Shown here: in pieces, positions 41,301 to 54,780 of the stretch | Layout of the letters: the number at the start of each line of letters is the position of its first letter | Position numbering within the stretch: position 1 is the first letter of the stretch | Assembly: GCA_964016885.1 (NCBI GenBank) | Contig: CAXHJY010001472.1 | Span: forward strand, 868,001-932,000 | Direction of reading: 5' to 3' | From: Eledone cirrhosa | Taxonomy: Eukaryota | Length of the DNA: 64,000 bases | Made by a program: the position numbers and the translations under genes | Notes under the pieces: generated by a model | Database searches by the model: none | What the model saw: the letters and a program-made list of their open reading frames with translations, nothing else | What the model was told of the DNA's origin: nothing

Positions 41301-44300
41301 ATCTCCCCTTGATTTTTTTTACAAATTATCTCCCCCTGATTTTTTTTTACAAATTATCTCCCCCTGATTTTTTTTACAAATTATCTCCCCCTGATTTTTT
41401 TTTACAAATTATCTCCCCCTGATATTTTTTTTACAAATTATCTCCGCCTGATTTTTTAAAAAAAATTATCTCCCCTTGGACGGCTGGAAATTATCTCCCC
41501 TTGGACGGCTGGAAATTATCTCCCCTTGGACGGCTAGAAATTACCTCTCCTTGGACGGCTGAAAATTATCTCCCCTTGGACGGCTGCAAATTATCTCCCC
41601 TTGATTTTTTTTACAAATTATCTCCCCCTGATTTTTTTTTTACAAATTATCTCCCCCTGATTTTTTTTTTACAAATCTCCGCCCGATTTTTAAAAAAAAT
41701 TATCTCCCCTTGGACGGCTGGAAATTATCTCCCCTTGGACGGCTGGAAATTATCTTCCCTTGGACGGCTAGAAATTACCTCTCCTTGGACGGCTGAAAAT
41801 TATCTCCCCTTGGACGGCTGGAAATTATCTCCCCTTGATTTTTTTACAAATTATCTGCCCCTGATTTTTTTTTTACAAATTATCTCCCCCTGATTTTTTT
41901 AAAAATGATCTCCCCTTGGACGGCTGGAAATGATCTCCCCTTGGCTGGTTGGAAATTATCTCCCCTTGGACCGCTAGAAATAATCTCTCCTTGGACGGCT
42001 GGAAATTATCTCCCCTTGATTTTTTTTACAAATCTCCCCCTAATTTAAAAAAAAATTATCTCCCCTTCGCTGGCTGGAAATTATCTCCCTTTGGACGGCT
42101 GGAAATTATAGCCCCTTGTAGGGCTGGAAATTATCTCCCCTTGGACGGCTGGAAATTATCTCCCCTTGATTTTCTTTACAAATTATCTCCCCCTGACTTT
42201 TTAAAAAATGATCTCCCCTTGGACGGCTGGAAATGATCTCCCCTTGGCTGGTTGGAAATTTTCTCCCCTTGGACCGCTAGAAATTATCTCTCCTTGGACG
42301 GCTGGAAATTATCTCCCCTTGATTTTTTTACAAATTATCTCCCCCTGATTTTTTTTACAAATCTCCCAGTGATTTTTTAAAAAAATTATCTCCCCTTCGC
42401 TGGCTGGAAATTATCTCCCCTTGGACGCTGGAAATTATAGCCCCTTGGAGGGCTGGAAATTATCTTCCCTTGGACGGCTGGAAATTATCTCCCCTTGATT
42501 TTTTTTACAAATTATCTCCCCCTGATTTTTTTTTACAAATTATCTCCCCCTGATTTTTTTTACAAATTATCTCCCCCTGATTTTTTTAAACAAATTATCT
42601 CCCCTTGGACGGCTGGAAATTATCTCCCCTTGGACGGCTGGAAATTATCTCCCCTTGGACGGCTAGAAATTACCTCTCCTTGGGCAGCTGAAAATTATCT
42701 CCCCTTGGACGGCTGCAAATTATCTCCCCTTGATTTTTTTTACAAATTATCATCCCTTGATTTTTTTTTACAAATTATCTCCCCCTGATTTTTTTTACAA
42801 ATTATCTCCCCCTGATTTTTTTTTACAAATTATCTCCCCCTGATTTTTTTTACAAAATATCTCCCCCTGATTTTTTTACAAATTATCTCCCCCTGATTTT
42901 TTTTACAATCTCCGCCTGATTTTTTAAAAAATTATCTTGCCTTGGCTGGCTGGAAATTATCTCCCCTTGGACGGCTGGAAATTATCTCCCCTTGGAAGGA
43001 TGGAAATTATCTCCCCTTGGACGGCTGGAAATTATCTCCCCTTGCACGGCTGGAAATTATCTCCCCTTGGACAGCTGGAAATTATCTGCCCTTGATTTTG
43101 TTTTTACAAATTATGTTCCCCTGATTTTTTTTACAAATTATCTCCACCTGATTTTTTAAAAAATTATCTCCCCTTGGACGGCTGGAAATTATCTCCCCTT
43201 GGTTGGAAATTATCTCCCCTTGGACGGCTAGAAATTATCTCTGTTTGGACGGCTGGAAATTATCTCCCTTTGATTTTTTTAACAAATTATCTCCCTCTGA
43301 TTTTTTTTACAAATCTCCCCCTGATTTTTTTAAAAAAATTATCTCCCCTTCGCTGGCTGGAAATTATCTCCCCTTGGACACTGGAAATTATAGCCCCCTG
43401 GAGGGCTGGAAATTATCTTCCCTTGGACGGCTGGAAATTATCTCCCCTTGATTTTTTTTACAAATTATCTCCCCCTGATTTTTTTTTTACAAATTATCTC
43501 CCCCTGATTTTTTTTACAAATTATCTCCCCCTGATTTTTTTACAAATTATCTCCGCCTGATTTTTTTAAAAATTATCTTCCCTTGGCTGGCGGGAAATTA
43601 TCTCCCCTTGGACGGCTGGAAATTATCTCCCCTTGGAAGGATGGAAATTATCTCCCCTTGGACAGCTGGAAATTATCTCCCCTTGGACGGCTGAAAATTA
43701 TCTCCCCTTGATTTTTTTTTTACAAACTATCTCCCCCTGATTTTTTTTTAGAAATTATCTCCCCCTGATTTTTTTTTTACAAATTATCTCCCCCTGATTT
43801 TTTTTTACAAATTATCTCCCCCTGATTTTTTTTTTACAAATTATCTACCCCTGATTTTTTTTACAAATTATCTCCCCCTGATTTTTTTTTTACAAATTAT
43901 CTCCCCCTGATTTTTTAAAAAATGATCTCCCCTTGGACGGCTGGAAATGATCTCCCCTTGGCTGGTTGGAAATTATCTCCCCTTGGACCGCTAGAAATTA
44001 TCTCTCCTTGGACGGCTGGAAATTATTTCCCCTTGATTTTTTTTACAAATCTCCCCCTAATTTAAAAAAAAATTATCTCCCCTTCGCTGGCTGGAAATTA
44101 TCTCCCTTTGGACGGCTGGAAATTATAGCCCCTTGTAGGGCTGGAAATTATCTCCCCTTGGACGGCTGGAAATTATCTCCCCTTGATTTTTTTTACAAAT
44201 TATCTCCCCCTGATTTTTTTAAAAATGATCTCCCCTTGGACGGCTGGAAATGATCTCCCCTTGGCTGGTTGGAAATTATCTCCCCTTGGACCGCTAGAAA

Positions 44301-47300
44301 TTATCTCTCCTTGGATGGCTGGAAATTATCTCCCCTTGATTTTTCTACAAATTATCTCCCCCTGATTTTTTTTACAAATCTCCCAGTGATTTTTAAAAAA
44401 AATTTTCTCCCCTTCGCTGGCTGGAAATTATCTCCCCTTGGACGCTGGAAATTATAGCCCCTTGGAAGGCTGGAAATTATCTTCCCTTGGACGGCTGGAA
44501 ATTATCTCCCCTTGATTTTTTTTACAAATTATCTCCCCCTGATTTTTTTTTTTACAAATTATCTCCCCCTGATTTTTTTTAACAAATTATCTCCGCCTGA
44601 TTTTTTTAAAAAAATTATCTCCCCTTGGACGGCTGGAAATTATCTCCCCTTGGACGGCTGGAAATTATCTCCCCTTGGACGGCTAGAAATTACCTCTCCT
44701 TGGACGGCTGAAAATTATCTCCCCTTGGACGGCTGCAAATTATCTCCCCTTGATTTTTTTTACAAATTATCTCCCCTTGATTTTTTTTTATAAATTATCT
44801 CCCCCTGATTTTTTTTACAAATTATCTTCCCTTGGACGGCTGGAAATTATCTCCCCTTGGAAGGATGGAAATTATCTCCCCTTGGACGGCTGGAAATTAT
44901 CTCCCCTTGCACGGCTGGAAATTATCTCCCCTTGGACAGCTGGAAATTATCTGCCCTTGATTTTTTTTTACAAATTATCTCCCCCTGATTTTTTTTTACA
45001 AATTATCTCCCCCTGATTTTTTTTTTACAAATTATCTCCGCCTGATTTTTTTTTTAAATTATCTCCCCTTGGACGGCTGGAAATTATCTCCCCTTGGACG
45101 GCTGGAAATTATCTTCCCTTGGACGGCTAGAAATTACCTCTCCTTGGACGGCTGAAAATTATCTCCCCTTGGACGGCTGGAAATTATCTCCCCTTGATTT
45201 TTTTACAAATTATCTGCCCCTGATTTTTTTTTACAAATTATCTCCCCCTGATTTTTTTTTACAAATTATCTCCCCCTGATTTTTTTTTACTAATTATCTC
45301 CCCCTGATTTTTTTTTTACAAATTATCTCCCCCTGATTTTTTTACAAATTATCTCCCCCTGATTTTTTTTACAATCTCCGCCTGATTTTTTAAAAAATTA
45401 TCTTCCCTTGGCTGGCGGGAAATTATCTCCCCTTGGACGGCTGGAAATTATCTCCCCTTGGCTGGAAATTATCTCCCCTTGGACACTGGAAATTATAGCC
45501 CCTTGGAGGGCTGGAAATTATCTTCCCTTGGACGGCTGGAAATTATCTCCCCTTGATTTTTTTACAAATTATCTGCCCCTGATTTTTTTTTTACAAATTA
45601 TCTCCCCCTGATTTTTTTTTACAAATTATCTACCCCTGATTTTTTTTACAAATTATCTCCCCCTGATTTTTTTTTACAAATTATCTCCCCCTGATTTTTT
45701 AAAAAATGATCTCCCCTTGGACGGCTGGAAATGATCTCCCCTTGGCTGGTTGGAAATTATCTCCCCTTGGACCGCTAGAAATTATCTCTCCTTGGACGGC
45801 TGGAAATTATTTCCCCTTGATTTTTTTTACAAATCTCCCCCTAATTTAAAAAAAAATTATCTCCCCTTCGCTGGCTGGAAATTATCTCCCTTTGGACGGC
45901 TGGAAATTATAGCCCCTTGTAGGGCTGGAAATTATCTCCCCTTGGACGGCTGGAAATTATCTCCCCTTGATTTTTTTTACAAATTATCTCCCCCTGATTT
46001 TTTTAAAAATGATCTCCCCTTGGACGGCTGGAAATGATCTCCCCTTGGCTGGTTGGAAATTATCTCCCCTTGGACCGCTAGAAATTATCTCTCCTTGGAT
46101 GGCTGGAAATTATCTCCCCTTGATTTTTTTACAAATTATCTCCCCCTGATTTTTTTACAAATCTCCCAGTGATTTTTAAAAAAAATTTTCTCCCCTTCGC
46201 TGGCTGGAAATTATCTCCCCTTGGACGCTGGAAATTATAGCCCCCTTGGAGGGCTGGAAATTATCTTCCCTTGGACGGCTGGAAATTATCTCCCCTTGAT
46301 TTTTTTTACAAATTATCTCCCCCTGATTTTTTTTTACAAATTATCTCCGCCTGATTTTTAAAAAAAATTATCTCCCCTTGGACGGCTGGAATTATCTCCC
46401 CTTGGACGGCTGGAAATTATCTCCCCTTGGACGGCTAGAAATTACCTCTCCTTGGACGGCTGAAAATTATCTCCCCTTGGACGGCTGCAAATTATCTCCC
46501 CTTGATTTTTTTTACAAATTATCTCCCCCTGATTTTTTTTTACAAATTATCTCCCCCTGATTTTTTTTTACAAATTATCTCCCCCTGATTTTTTTTTACA
46601 AATTATCTACCCCTGATTTTTTTTTACAAATTATCTCCCCCTGATTTTTTTTTACAAATTATCTCCCCCTGATTTTTTTTTACAAATTATCTCCCCCTGA
46701 TTTTTTTTTTACAAATTATCTCCCCCTGATTTTTTTACAAATTATCTCCCCCTGATTTTTTTTACAATCTCCGCCTGATTTTTTAAAAAATGATCTCCCC
46801 TTGGACGGCTGGAAATGATCTCCCCTTGGCTGGTTGGAAATTATCTCCCCTTGGACCGCTAGAAATTATCTCTCCTTGGACGGCTGGAAATTATCTCCCC
46901 TTGATTTTTTTACAAATTATCTCCCCCTGATTTTTTTTACAAATCTCCCAGTGATTTTTTAAAAAAAATTATCTCCCCTTCGCTGGCTGGAAATTATCTC
47001 CCCTTGGACGCTGGAAATTATAGCCCCCTTGGAGGGCTGGAAATTATCTTCCCTTGGACGGCTGGAAATTATCTCCCCTTGATTTTCTTTTACAAATTAT
47101 CTCCCCCTGATTTTTTTTTACAAATTATCTCCGCCTGATTTTTAAAAAAAAATTATCTCCCCTTGGACGGCTGGAATTATCTCCCCTTGGACGGCTGGAA
47201 ATTATCTCCCCTTGGACGGCTAGAAATTACCTCTCCTTGGACGGCTGAAAATTATCTCCCCTTGGACGGCTGCAAATTATCTCCCCTTGATTTTTTTTAC

Positions 47301-48250
47301 AAATTATCTCCCCCTGATTTTTTTTTACAAATTATCTACCCCTGATTTTTTTTACAAATTATCTCCCCCTGATTTTTTTTTACAAATTATGTCCCCCTGA
47401 TTTTTTTTTACAAATTATCTCCCCCTGATTTTTTTACAAATTATCTCCCCCTGATTTTTTTTACAATCTCCGCCTGATTTTTTAAAAAATAATCTTCCCT
47501 TGGCTGGCGGGAAATTATCTCCCCTTGGACGGCTGGAAATTATCTCCCCTTGGAAGGATAGAAATTATCTCCCCTTGGACGGCTGGAAATTATCTCCCCT
47601 TGCACGGCTGGAAATTATCTCCCCTTGGACAGCTGGAAATTATCTGCCCTTGATTTTGTTTTTACAAATTATCTCCCCCTGATTTTTTTTACAAATTATC
47701 TCCACCTGATTTTTTAAAAAATTATCTCCCCTTGGACGGCTGGAAATTATCTCCCCTTGGCTGGAAATTATCTCCCCTTGGACGGCTAGAAATTATCTCT
47801 CTTTGGACGGCTGGAAATTATCTCCCTTTGATTTTTTTACAAATTATCTCCCTCTGATTTTTTTTACAAATCTCCCCCTGATTTTTAAAAAAAAATTATC
47901 TCCCCTTCGCTGGCTGGAAATTATCTCCCCTTGGACACTGGAAATTATAGCCCCTTGGAGGGCTGGAAATTATCTTCCCTTGGACGGCTGGAAATTATCT
48001 CCCCTTGATTTTTTTTACAAATTATCTCCCCCTGATATTTTTTTTACAAATTATCTCCCCCTGATTTTTTTACAAATTATCTCCCCCTGATTTTTTTTAC
48101 AAATTATCTCCGCCTGATTTTTTTAAATATTATCTTCCCTTGGCTGGCGGGAAATTATCTCCCCTTGGACGGTTGGAAATTATCTCCCCTTGCACTGCTG
48201 GAAATTATCTCCCCTTGGACGGCTGGAAATTATCTCCCCTTGCACGGCTG
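29400..48250 (+). repeat. Near-identical tandem duplication with a period of 9,098 bp
   Basis: Constant 9,098 offset for ORF strings 29969/39067, 32403/41501, 34868/43966, 37280/46378 and 38065/47163. Private variants are shared by the two copies: TGGGCAGC at 33583/42681, ACAAACTATC at ~34624/43722 and GATTTTCTTTTAC at ~37983/47081. Confidence 0.93.
36950..38250 (+). repeat. Local ~785-bp direct repeat within the 9,098-bp unit
   Basis: The GGCTGGAATTATC-marked module (ORF MDGWNY...) occurs at 37280 and 38065, and again at 46378/47163 and 50774/51559. Confidence 0.8.
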
Positions 48251-51200
48251 GAAATTATCATCCCCTTGGACGGCTGAAAATTATCTCCCCTTGATTTTTT
48301 TTTACAAATTATCTGCCCCTGATTTTTTTTTACAAATTATCTCCCCCTGATTTTTTTTTACAAATTATCTCCGCCTGATTTTTAAAAAAAAATTATCTCC
48401 CCTTAGACGGCTGGAAATTATCTCCCCTTGGACGGCTGGAAATTATCTCCCCTTGGACGGCTAGAAATTGGACGGCTGAAAATTATCTCCCCTTGGACGG
48501 CTGCAAATTATCTCCCCTTGATTTTTTTTACAAATTATCTCCCCCTGATTTTTTTTTACAAATTATCTCCCCCTGATTTTTTTTTTACAAATTATCTCCC
48601 CCTGATTTTTTTACAAATTATCTCCCCCTGATTTTTTTTACAATCTCCGCCTGATTTTTTAAAAAATTATCTTCCCTTGGCTGGCGGGAAATTATCTCCC
48701 CTTGGACGGCTGGAAATTATCTCCCCTTGGCTGGAAATTATCTCCCCTTGGACACTGGAAATTATAGCCCCTTGGAGGGCTGGAAATTATCTTCCCTTGG
48801 ACGGCTGGAAATTATCTCCCCTTGATTTTTTTACAAATTATCTGCCCCTGATTTTTTTTTACAAATTATCTCCCCCTGATTTTTTTTTACAAATTATCTA
48901 CCCCTGATTTTTTTTACAAATTATCTCCCCCTGATTTTTTTTTTACAAATTATCTCCCCCTGATTTTTTTAAAAATGATCTCCCCTTGGACGGCTGGAAA
49001 TGATCTCCCCTTGGCTGGTTGGAAATTATCTCCCCTTGGACCGCTAGAAATTATCTCTCCTTGGACGGCTGGAAATTATTTCCCCTTGATTTTTTTTACA
49101 AATCTCCCCCTAATTTAAAAAAAAATTATCTCCCCTTCGCTGGCTGGAAATTATCTCCCTTTGGACGGCTGGAAATTATAGCCCCTTGTAGGGCTGGAAA
49201 TTATCTCCCCTTGGACGGCTGGAAATTATCTCCCCTTGATTTTTTTTACAAATTATCTCCCCCTGATTTTTTTAAAAATGATCTCCCCTTGGACGGCTGG
49301 AAATGATCTCCCCTTGGCTGGTTGGAAATTATCTCCCCTTGGACCGCTAGAAATTATCTCTCCTTGGATGGCTGGAAATTATCTCCCCTTGATTTTTCTA
49401 CAAATTATCTCCCCCTGATTTTTTTTACAAATCTCCCAGTGATTTTTAAAAAAAATTTTCTCCCCTTCGCTGGCTGGAAATTATCTCCCCTTGGACGCTG
49501 GAAATTATAGCCCCTTGGAAGGCTGGAAATTATCTTCCCTTGGACGGCTGGAAATTATCTCCCCTTGATTTTTTTTTACAAATTATCTCCCCCTGATTTT
49601 TTTTTTTACAAATTATCTCCCCCTGATTTTTTTTAACAAATTATCTCCCCTTGGACGGCTGGAAATTATCTCCCCTTGGACGGCTGGAAATTATCTCCCC
49701 TTGGACGGCTGGAAATTATCTCCCCTTGGACGGCTAGAAATTACCTCTCCTTGGACGGCTGAAAATTATCTCCCCTTGGACGGCTGCAAATTATCTCCCC
49801 TTGATTTTTTTTACAAATTATCTCCCCTTGATTTTTTTTACAAATTATCTCCCCCTGATTTTTTTTACAAATTATCTTCCCTTGGACGGCTGGAAATTAT
49901 CTCCCCTTGGAAGGATGGAAATTATCTCCCCTTGGACGGCTGGAAATTATCTCCCCTTGCACGGCTGGAAATTATCTCCCCTTGGACAGCTGGAAATTAT
50001 CTGCCCTTGATTTTGTTTTTACAAATTATCTCCCCCTGATTTTTTTTACAAATTATCTCCACCTGATTTTTTTAAAAATTATCTCCCCTTGGACGGCTGG
50101 AAATTATCTCCCCTTGGCTGGAAATTATCTCCCCTTGGACGGCTAGAAATTATCTCTCTTTGGACGGCTGGAAATTATCTCCCTTTGATTTTTTTAACAA
50201 ATTATCTCCCTCTGATTTTTTTTACAAATCTCCCCCTGATTTTTTTAAAAAAATTATCTCCCCTTCGCTGGCTGGAAATTATCTCCCCTTGGACACTGGA
50301 AATTATAGCCCCCTGGAGGGCTGGAAATTATCTTCCCTTGGACGGCTGGAAATTATCTCCCCTTGATTTTTTTTACAAATTATCTCCCCCTGATTTTTTT
50401 AAAAATGATCTCCCCTTGGACGGCTGGAAATGATCTCCCCTTGGCTGGTTGGAAATTATCTCCCCTTGGACCGCTAGAAATTATCTCTCCTTGGATGGCT
50501 GGAAATTATCTCCCCTTGATTTTTTTACAAATTATCTCCCCCTGATTTTTTTACAAATCTCCCAGTGATTTTTAAAAAAAATTTTCTCCCCTTCGCTGGC
50601 TGGAAATTATCTCCCCTTGGACGCTGGAAATTATAGCCCCCTTGGAGGGCTGGAAATTATCTTCCCTTGGACGGCTGGAAATTATCTCCCCTTGATTTTT
50701 TTTACAAATTATCTCCCCCTGATTTTTTTTTACAAATTATCTCCGCCTGATTTTTAAAAAAAATTATCTCCCCTTGGACGGCTGGAATTATCTCCCCTTG
50801 GACGGCTGGAAATTATCTCCCCTTGGACGGCTAGAAATTACCTCTCCTTGGACGGCTGAAAATTATCTCCCCTTGGACGGCTGCAAATTATCTCCCCTTG
50901 ATTTTTTTTACAAATTATCTCCCCCTGATTTTTTTTTACAAATTATCTCCCCCTGATTTTTTTTTACAAATTATCTCCCCCTGATTTTTTTTTACAAATT
51001 ATCTACCCCTGATTTTTTTTTACAAATTATCTCCCCCTGATTTTTTTTTACAAATTATCTCCCCCTGATTTTTTTTTACAAATTATCTCCCCCTGATTTT
51101 TTTTTTACAAATTATCTCCCCCTGATTTTTTTACAAATTATCTCCCCCTGATTTTTTTTACAATCTCCGCCTGATTTTTTAAAAAATGATCTCCCCTTGG

Positions 51201-54200
51201 ACGGCTGGAAATGATCTCCCCTTGGCTGGTTGGAAATTATCTCCCCTTGGACCGCTAGAAATTATCTCTCCTTGGACGGCTGGAAATTATCTCCCCTTGA
51301 TTTTTTTACAAATTATCTCCCCCTGATTTTTTTTACAAATCTCCCAGTGATTTTTTAAAAAAAATTATCTCCCCTTCGCTGGCTGGAAATTATCTCCCCT
51401 TGGACGCTGGAAATTATAGCCCCCTTGGAGGGCTGGAAATTATCTTCCCTTGGACGGCTGGAAATTATCTCCCCTTGATTTTTTTTTACAAATTATCTCC
51501 CCCTGATTTTTTTTTACAAATTATCTCCGCCTGATTTTTAAAAAAAAATTATCTCCCCTTGGACGGCTGGAATTATCTCCCCTTGGACGGCTGGAAATTA
51601 TCTCCCCTTGGACGGCTAGAAATTACCTCTCCTTGGACGGCTGAAAATTATCTCCCCTTGGACGGCTGCAAATTATCTCCCCTTGATTTTTTTTACAAAT
51701 TATCTCCCCCTGATTTTTTTTTACAAATTATCTACCCCTGATTTGTTTTACAAATTATCTCCCCCTGATTTTTTTTTACAAATTATGTCCCCCTGATTTT
51801 TTTTTACAAATTATCTCCCCCTGATTTTTTTACAAATTATCTCCCCCTGATTTTTTTTACAATCTCCGCCTGATTTTTTAAAAAATAATCTTTCCTTGGC
51901 TGGCGGGAAATTATCTCCCCTTGGACGGCTGGAAATTATCTCCCCTTGGAAGGATAGAAATTATCTCCCCTTGGACGGCTGGAAATTATCTCCCCTTGCA
52001 CGGCTGGAAATTATCTCCCCTTGGACAGCTGGAAATTATCTGCCCTTGATTTTGTTTTTACAAATTATCTCCCCCTGATTTTTTTTACAAATTATCTCCA
52101 CCTGATTTTTTAAAAAATTATCTCCCCTTGGACGGCTGGAAATTATCTCCCCTTGGCTGGAAATTATCTCCCCTTGGACGGCTAGAAATTATCTCTCTTT
52201 GGACGGCTGGAAATTATCTCCCTTTGATTATTTTACAAATTATCTCCCTCTGATTTTTTTTACAAATCTCCCCCTGATTTTTAAAAAAAAATTATCTCCC
52301 CTTCGCTGGCTGGAAATTATCTCCCCTTGGACACTGGAAATTATAGCCCCTTGGAGGGCTGGAAATTATCTTCCCTTGGACGGCTGGAAATTATCTCCCC
52401 TTGATTTTTTTTACAAATTATCTCCCCCTGATATTTTTTTTACAAATTATCTCCCCCTGATTTTTTTACAAATTATCTCCCCCTGATTTTTTTTACAAAT
52501 TATCTCCGCCTGATTTTTTTAAATATTATCTTCCCTTGGCTGGCGGGAAATTATCTCCCCTTGGACGGTTGGAAATTATCTCCCCTTGCACTGCTGGAAA
52601 TTATCTCCCCTTGGACGGCTGGAAATTATCTCCCCTTGCACGGCTGGAAATTATCATCCCCTTGGACGGCTGAAAATTATCTCCCCTTGATTTTTTTTTA
52701 CAAATTATCTGCCCCTGATTTTTTTTTACAAATTATCTCCCCCTGATTTTTTTTTACAAATTATCTCCGCCTGATTTTTAAAAAAAAATTATCTCCCCTT
52801 AGACGGCTGGAAATTATCTCCCCTTGGACGGCTGGAAATTATCTCCCCTTGGACGGCTAGAAATTGGACGGCTGAAAATTATCTCCCCTTGGACGGCTGC
52901 AAATTATCTCCCCTTGATTTTTTTTACAAATTATCTCCCCCTGATTTTTTTTTACAAATTATCTCCCCCTGATTTTTTTTTTACAAATTATCTCCCCCTG
53001 ATTTTTTTACAAATTATCTCCCCCTGATTTTTTTTACAATCTCCGCCTGATTTTTTAAAAAATTATCTTCCCTTGGCTGGCGGGAAATTATCTCCCCTTG
53101 GACGGCTGGAAATTATCTCCCCTTGGCTGGAAATTATCTCCCCTTGGACACTGGAAATTATAGCCCCTTGGAGGGCTGGAAATTATCTTCCCTTGGACGG
53201 CTGGAAATTATCTCCCCTTGATTTTTTTACAAATTATCTGCCCCTGATTTTTTTTTACAAATTATCTCCCCCTGATTTTTTTTTACAAATTATCTACCCC
53301 TGATTTTTTTTACAAATTATCTCCCCCTGATTTTTTTTTTACAAATTATCTCCCCCTGATTTTTTTAAAAATGATCTCCCCTTGGACGGCTGGAAATGAT
53401 CTCCCCTTGGCTGGTTGGAAATTATCTCCCCTTGGACCGCTAGAAATTATCTCTCCTTGGACGGCTGGAAATTATTTCCCCTTGATTTTTTTTACAAATC
53501 TCCCCCTAATTTAAAAAAAAATTATCTCCCCTTCGCTGGCTGGAAATTATCTCCCTTTGGACGGCTGGAAATTATAGCCCCTTGTAGGGCTGGAAATTAT
53601 CTCCCCTTGGACGGCTGGAAATTATCTCCCCTTGATTTTTTTTACAAATTATCTCCCCCTGATTTTTTTAAAAATGATCTCCCCTTGGACGGCTGGAAAT
53701 GATCTCCCCTTGGCTGGTTGGAAATTATCTCCCCTTGGACCGCTAGAAATTATCTCTCCTTGGATGGCTGGAAATTATCTCCCCTTGATTTTTCTACAAA
53801 TTATCTCCCCCTGATTTTTTTTACAAATCTCCCAGTGATTTTTAAAAAAAATTTTCTCCCCTTCGCTGGCTGGAAATTATCTCCCCTTGGACGCTGGAAA
53901 TTATAGCCCCTTGGAAGGCTGGAAATTATCTTCCCTTGGACGGCTGGAAATTATCTCCCCTTGATTTTTTTTTACAAATTATCTCCCCCTGATTTTTTTT
54001 TTTACAAATTATCTCCCCCTGATTTTTTTTAACAAATTATCTCCCCTTGGACGGCTGGAAATTATCTCCCCTTGGACGGCTGGAAATTATCTCCCCTTGG
54101 ACGGCTGGAAATTATCTCCCCTTGGACGGCTAGAAATTACCTCTCCTTGGACGGCTGAAAATTATCTCCCCTTGGACGGCTGCAAATTATCTCCCCTTGA

Positions 54201-54780
54201 TTTTTTTTACAAATTATCTCCCCTTGATTTTTTTTACAAATTATCTCCCCCTGATTTTTTTTACAAATTATCTTCCCTTGGACGGCTGGAAATTATCTCC
54301 CCTTGGAAGGATGGAAATTATCTCCCCTTGGACGGCTGGAAATTATCTCCCCTTGCACGGCTGGAAATTATCTCCCCTTGGACAGCTGGAAATTATCTGC
54401 CCTTGATTTTGTTTTTACAAATTATCTCCCCCTGATTTTTTTTACAAATTATCTCCACCTGATTTTTTTAAAAATTATCTCCCCTTGGACGGCTGGAAAT
54501 TATCTCCCCTTGGCTGGAAATTATCTCCCCTTGGACGGCTAGAAATTATCTCTCTTTGGACGGCTGGAAATTATCTCCCTTTGATTTTTTTAACAAATTA
54601 TCTCCCTCTGATTTTTTTTACAAATCTCCCCCTGATTTTTTTAAAAAAATTATCTCCCCTTCGCTGGCTGGAAATTATCTCCCCTTGGACACTGGAAATT
54701 ATAGCCCCCTGGAGGGCTGGAAATTATCTTCCCTTGGACGGCTGGAAATTATCTCCCCTTGATTTTTTTTACAAATTATC
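45950..54780 (+). repeat. Near-identical tandem duplication with a period of 4,396 bp
   Basis: Constant 4,396 offset for ORF strings 45967/50363, 46378/50774, 47163/51559, 48165/52561, 49701/54097 and 50160/54556. There is a novel junction near 50390. Confidence 0.92.
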
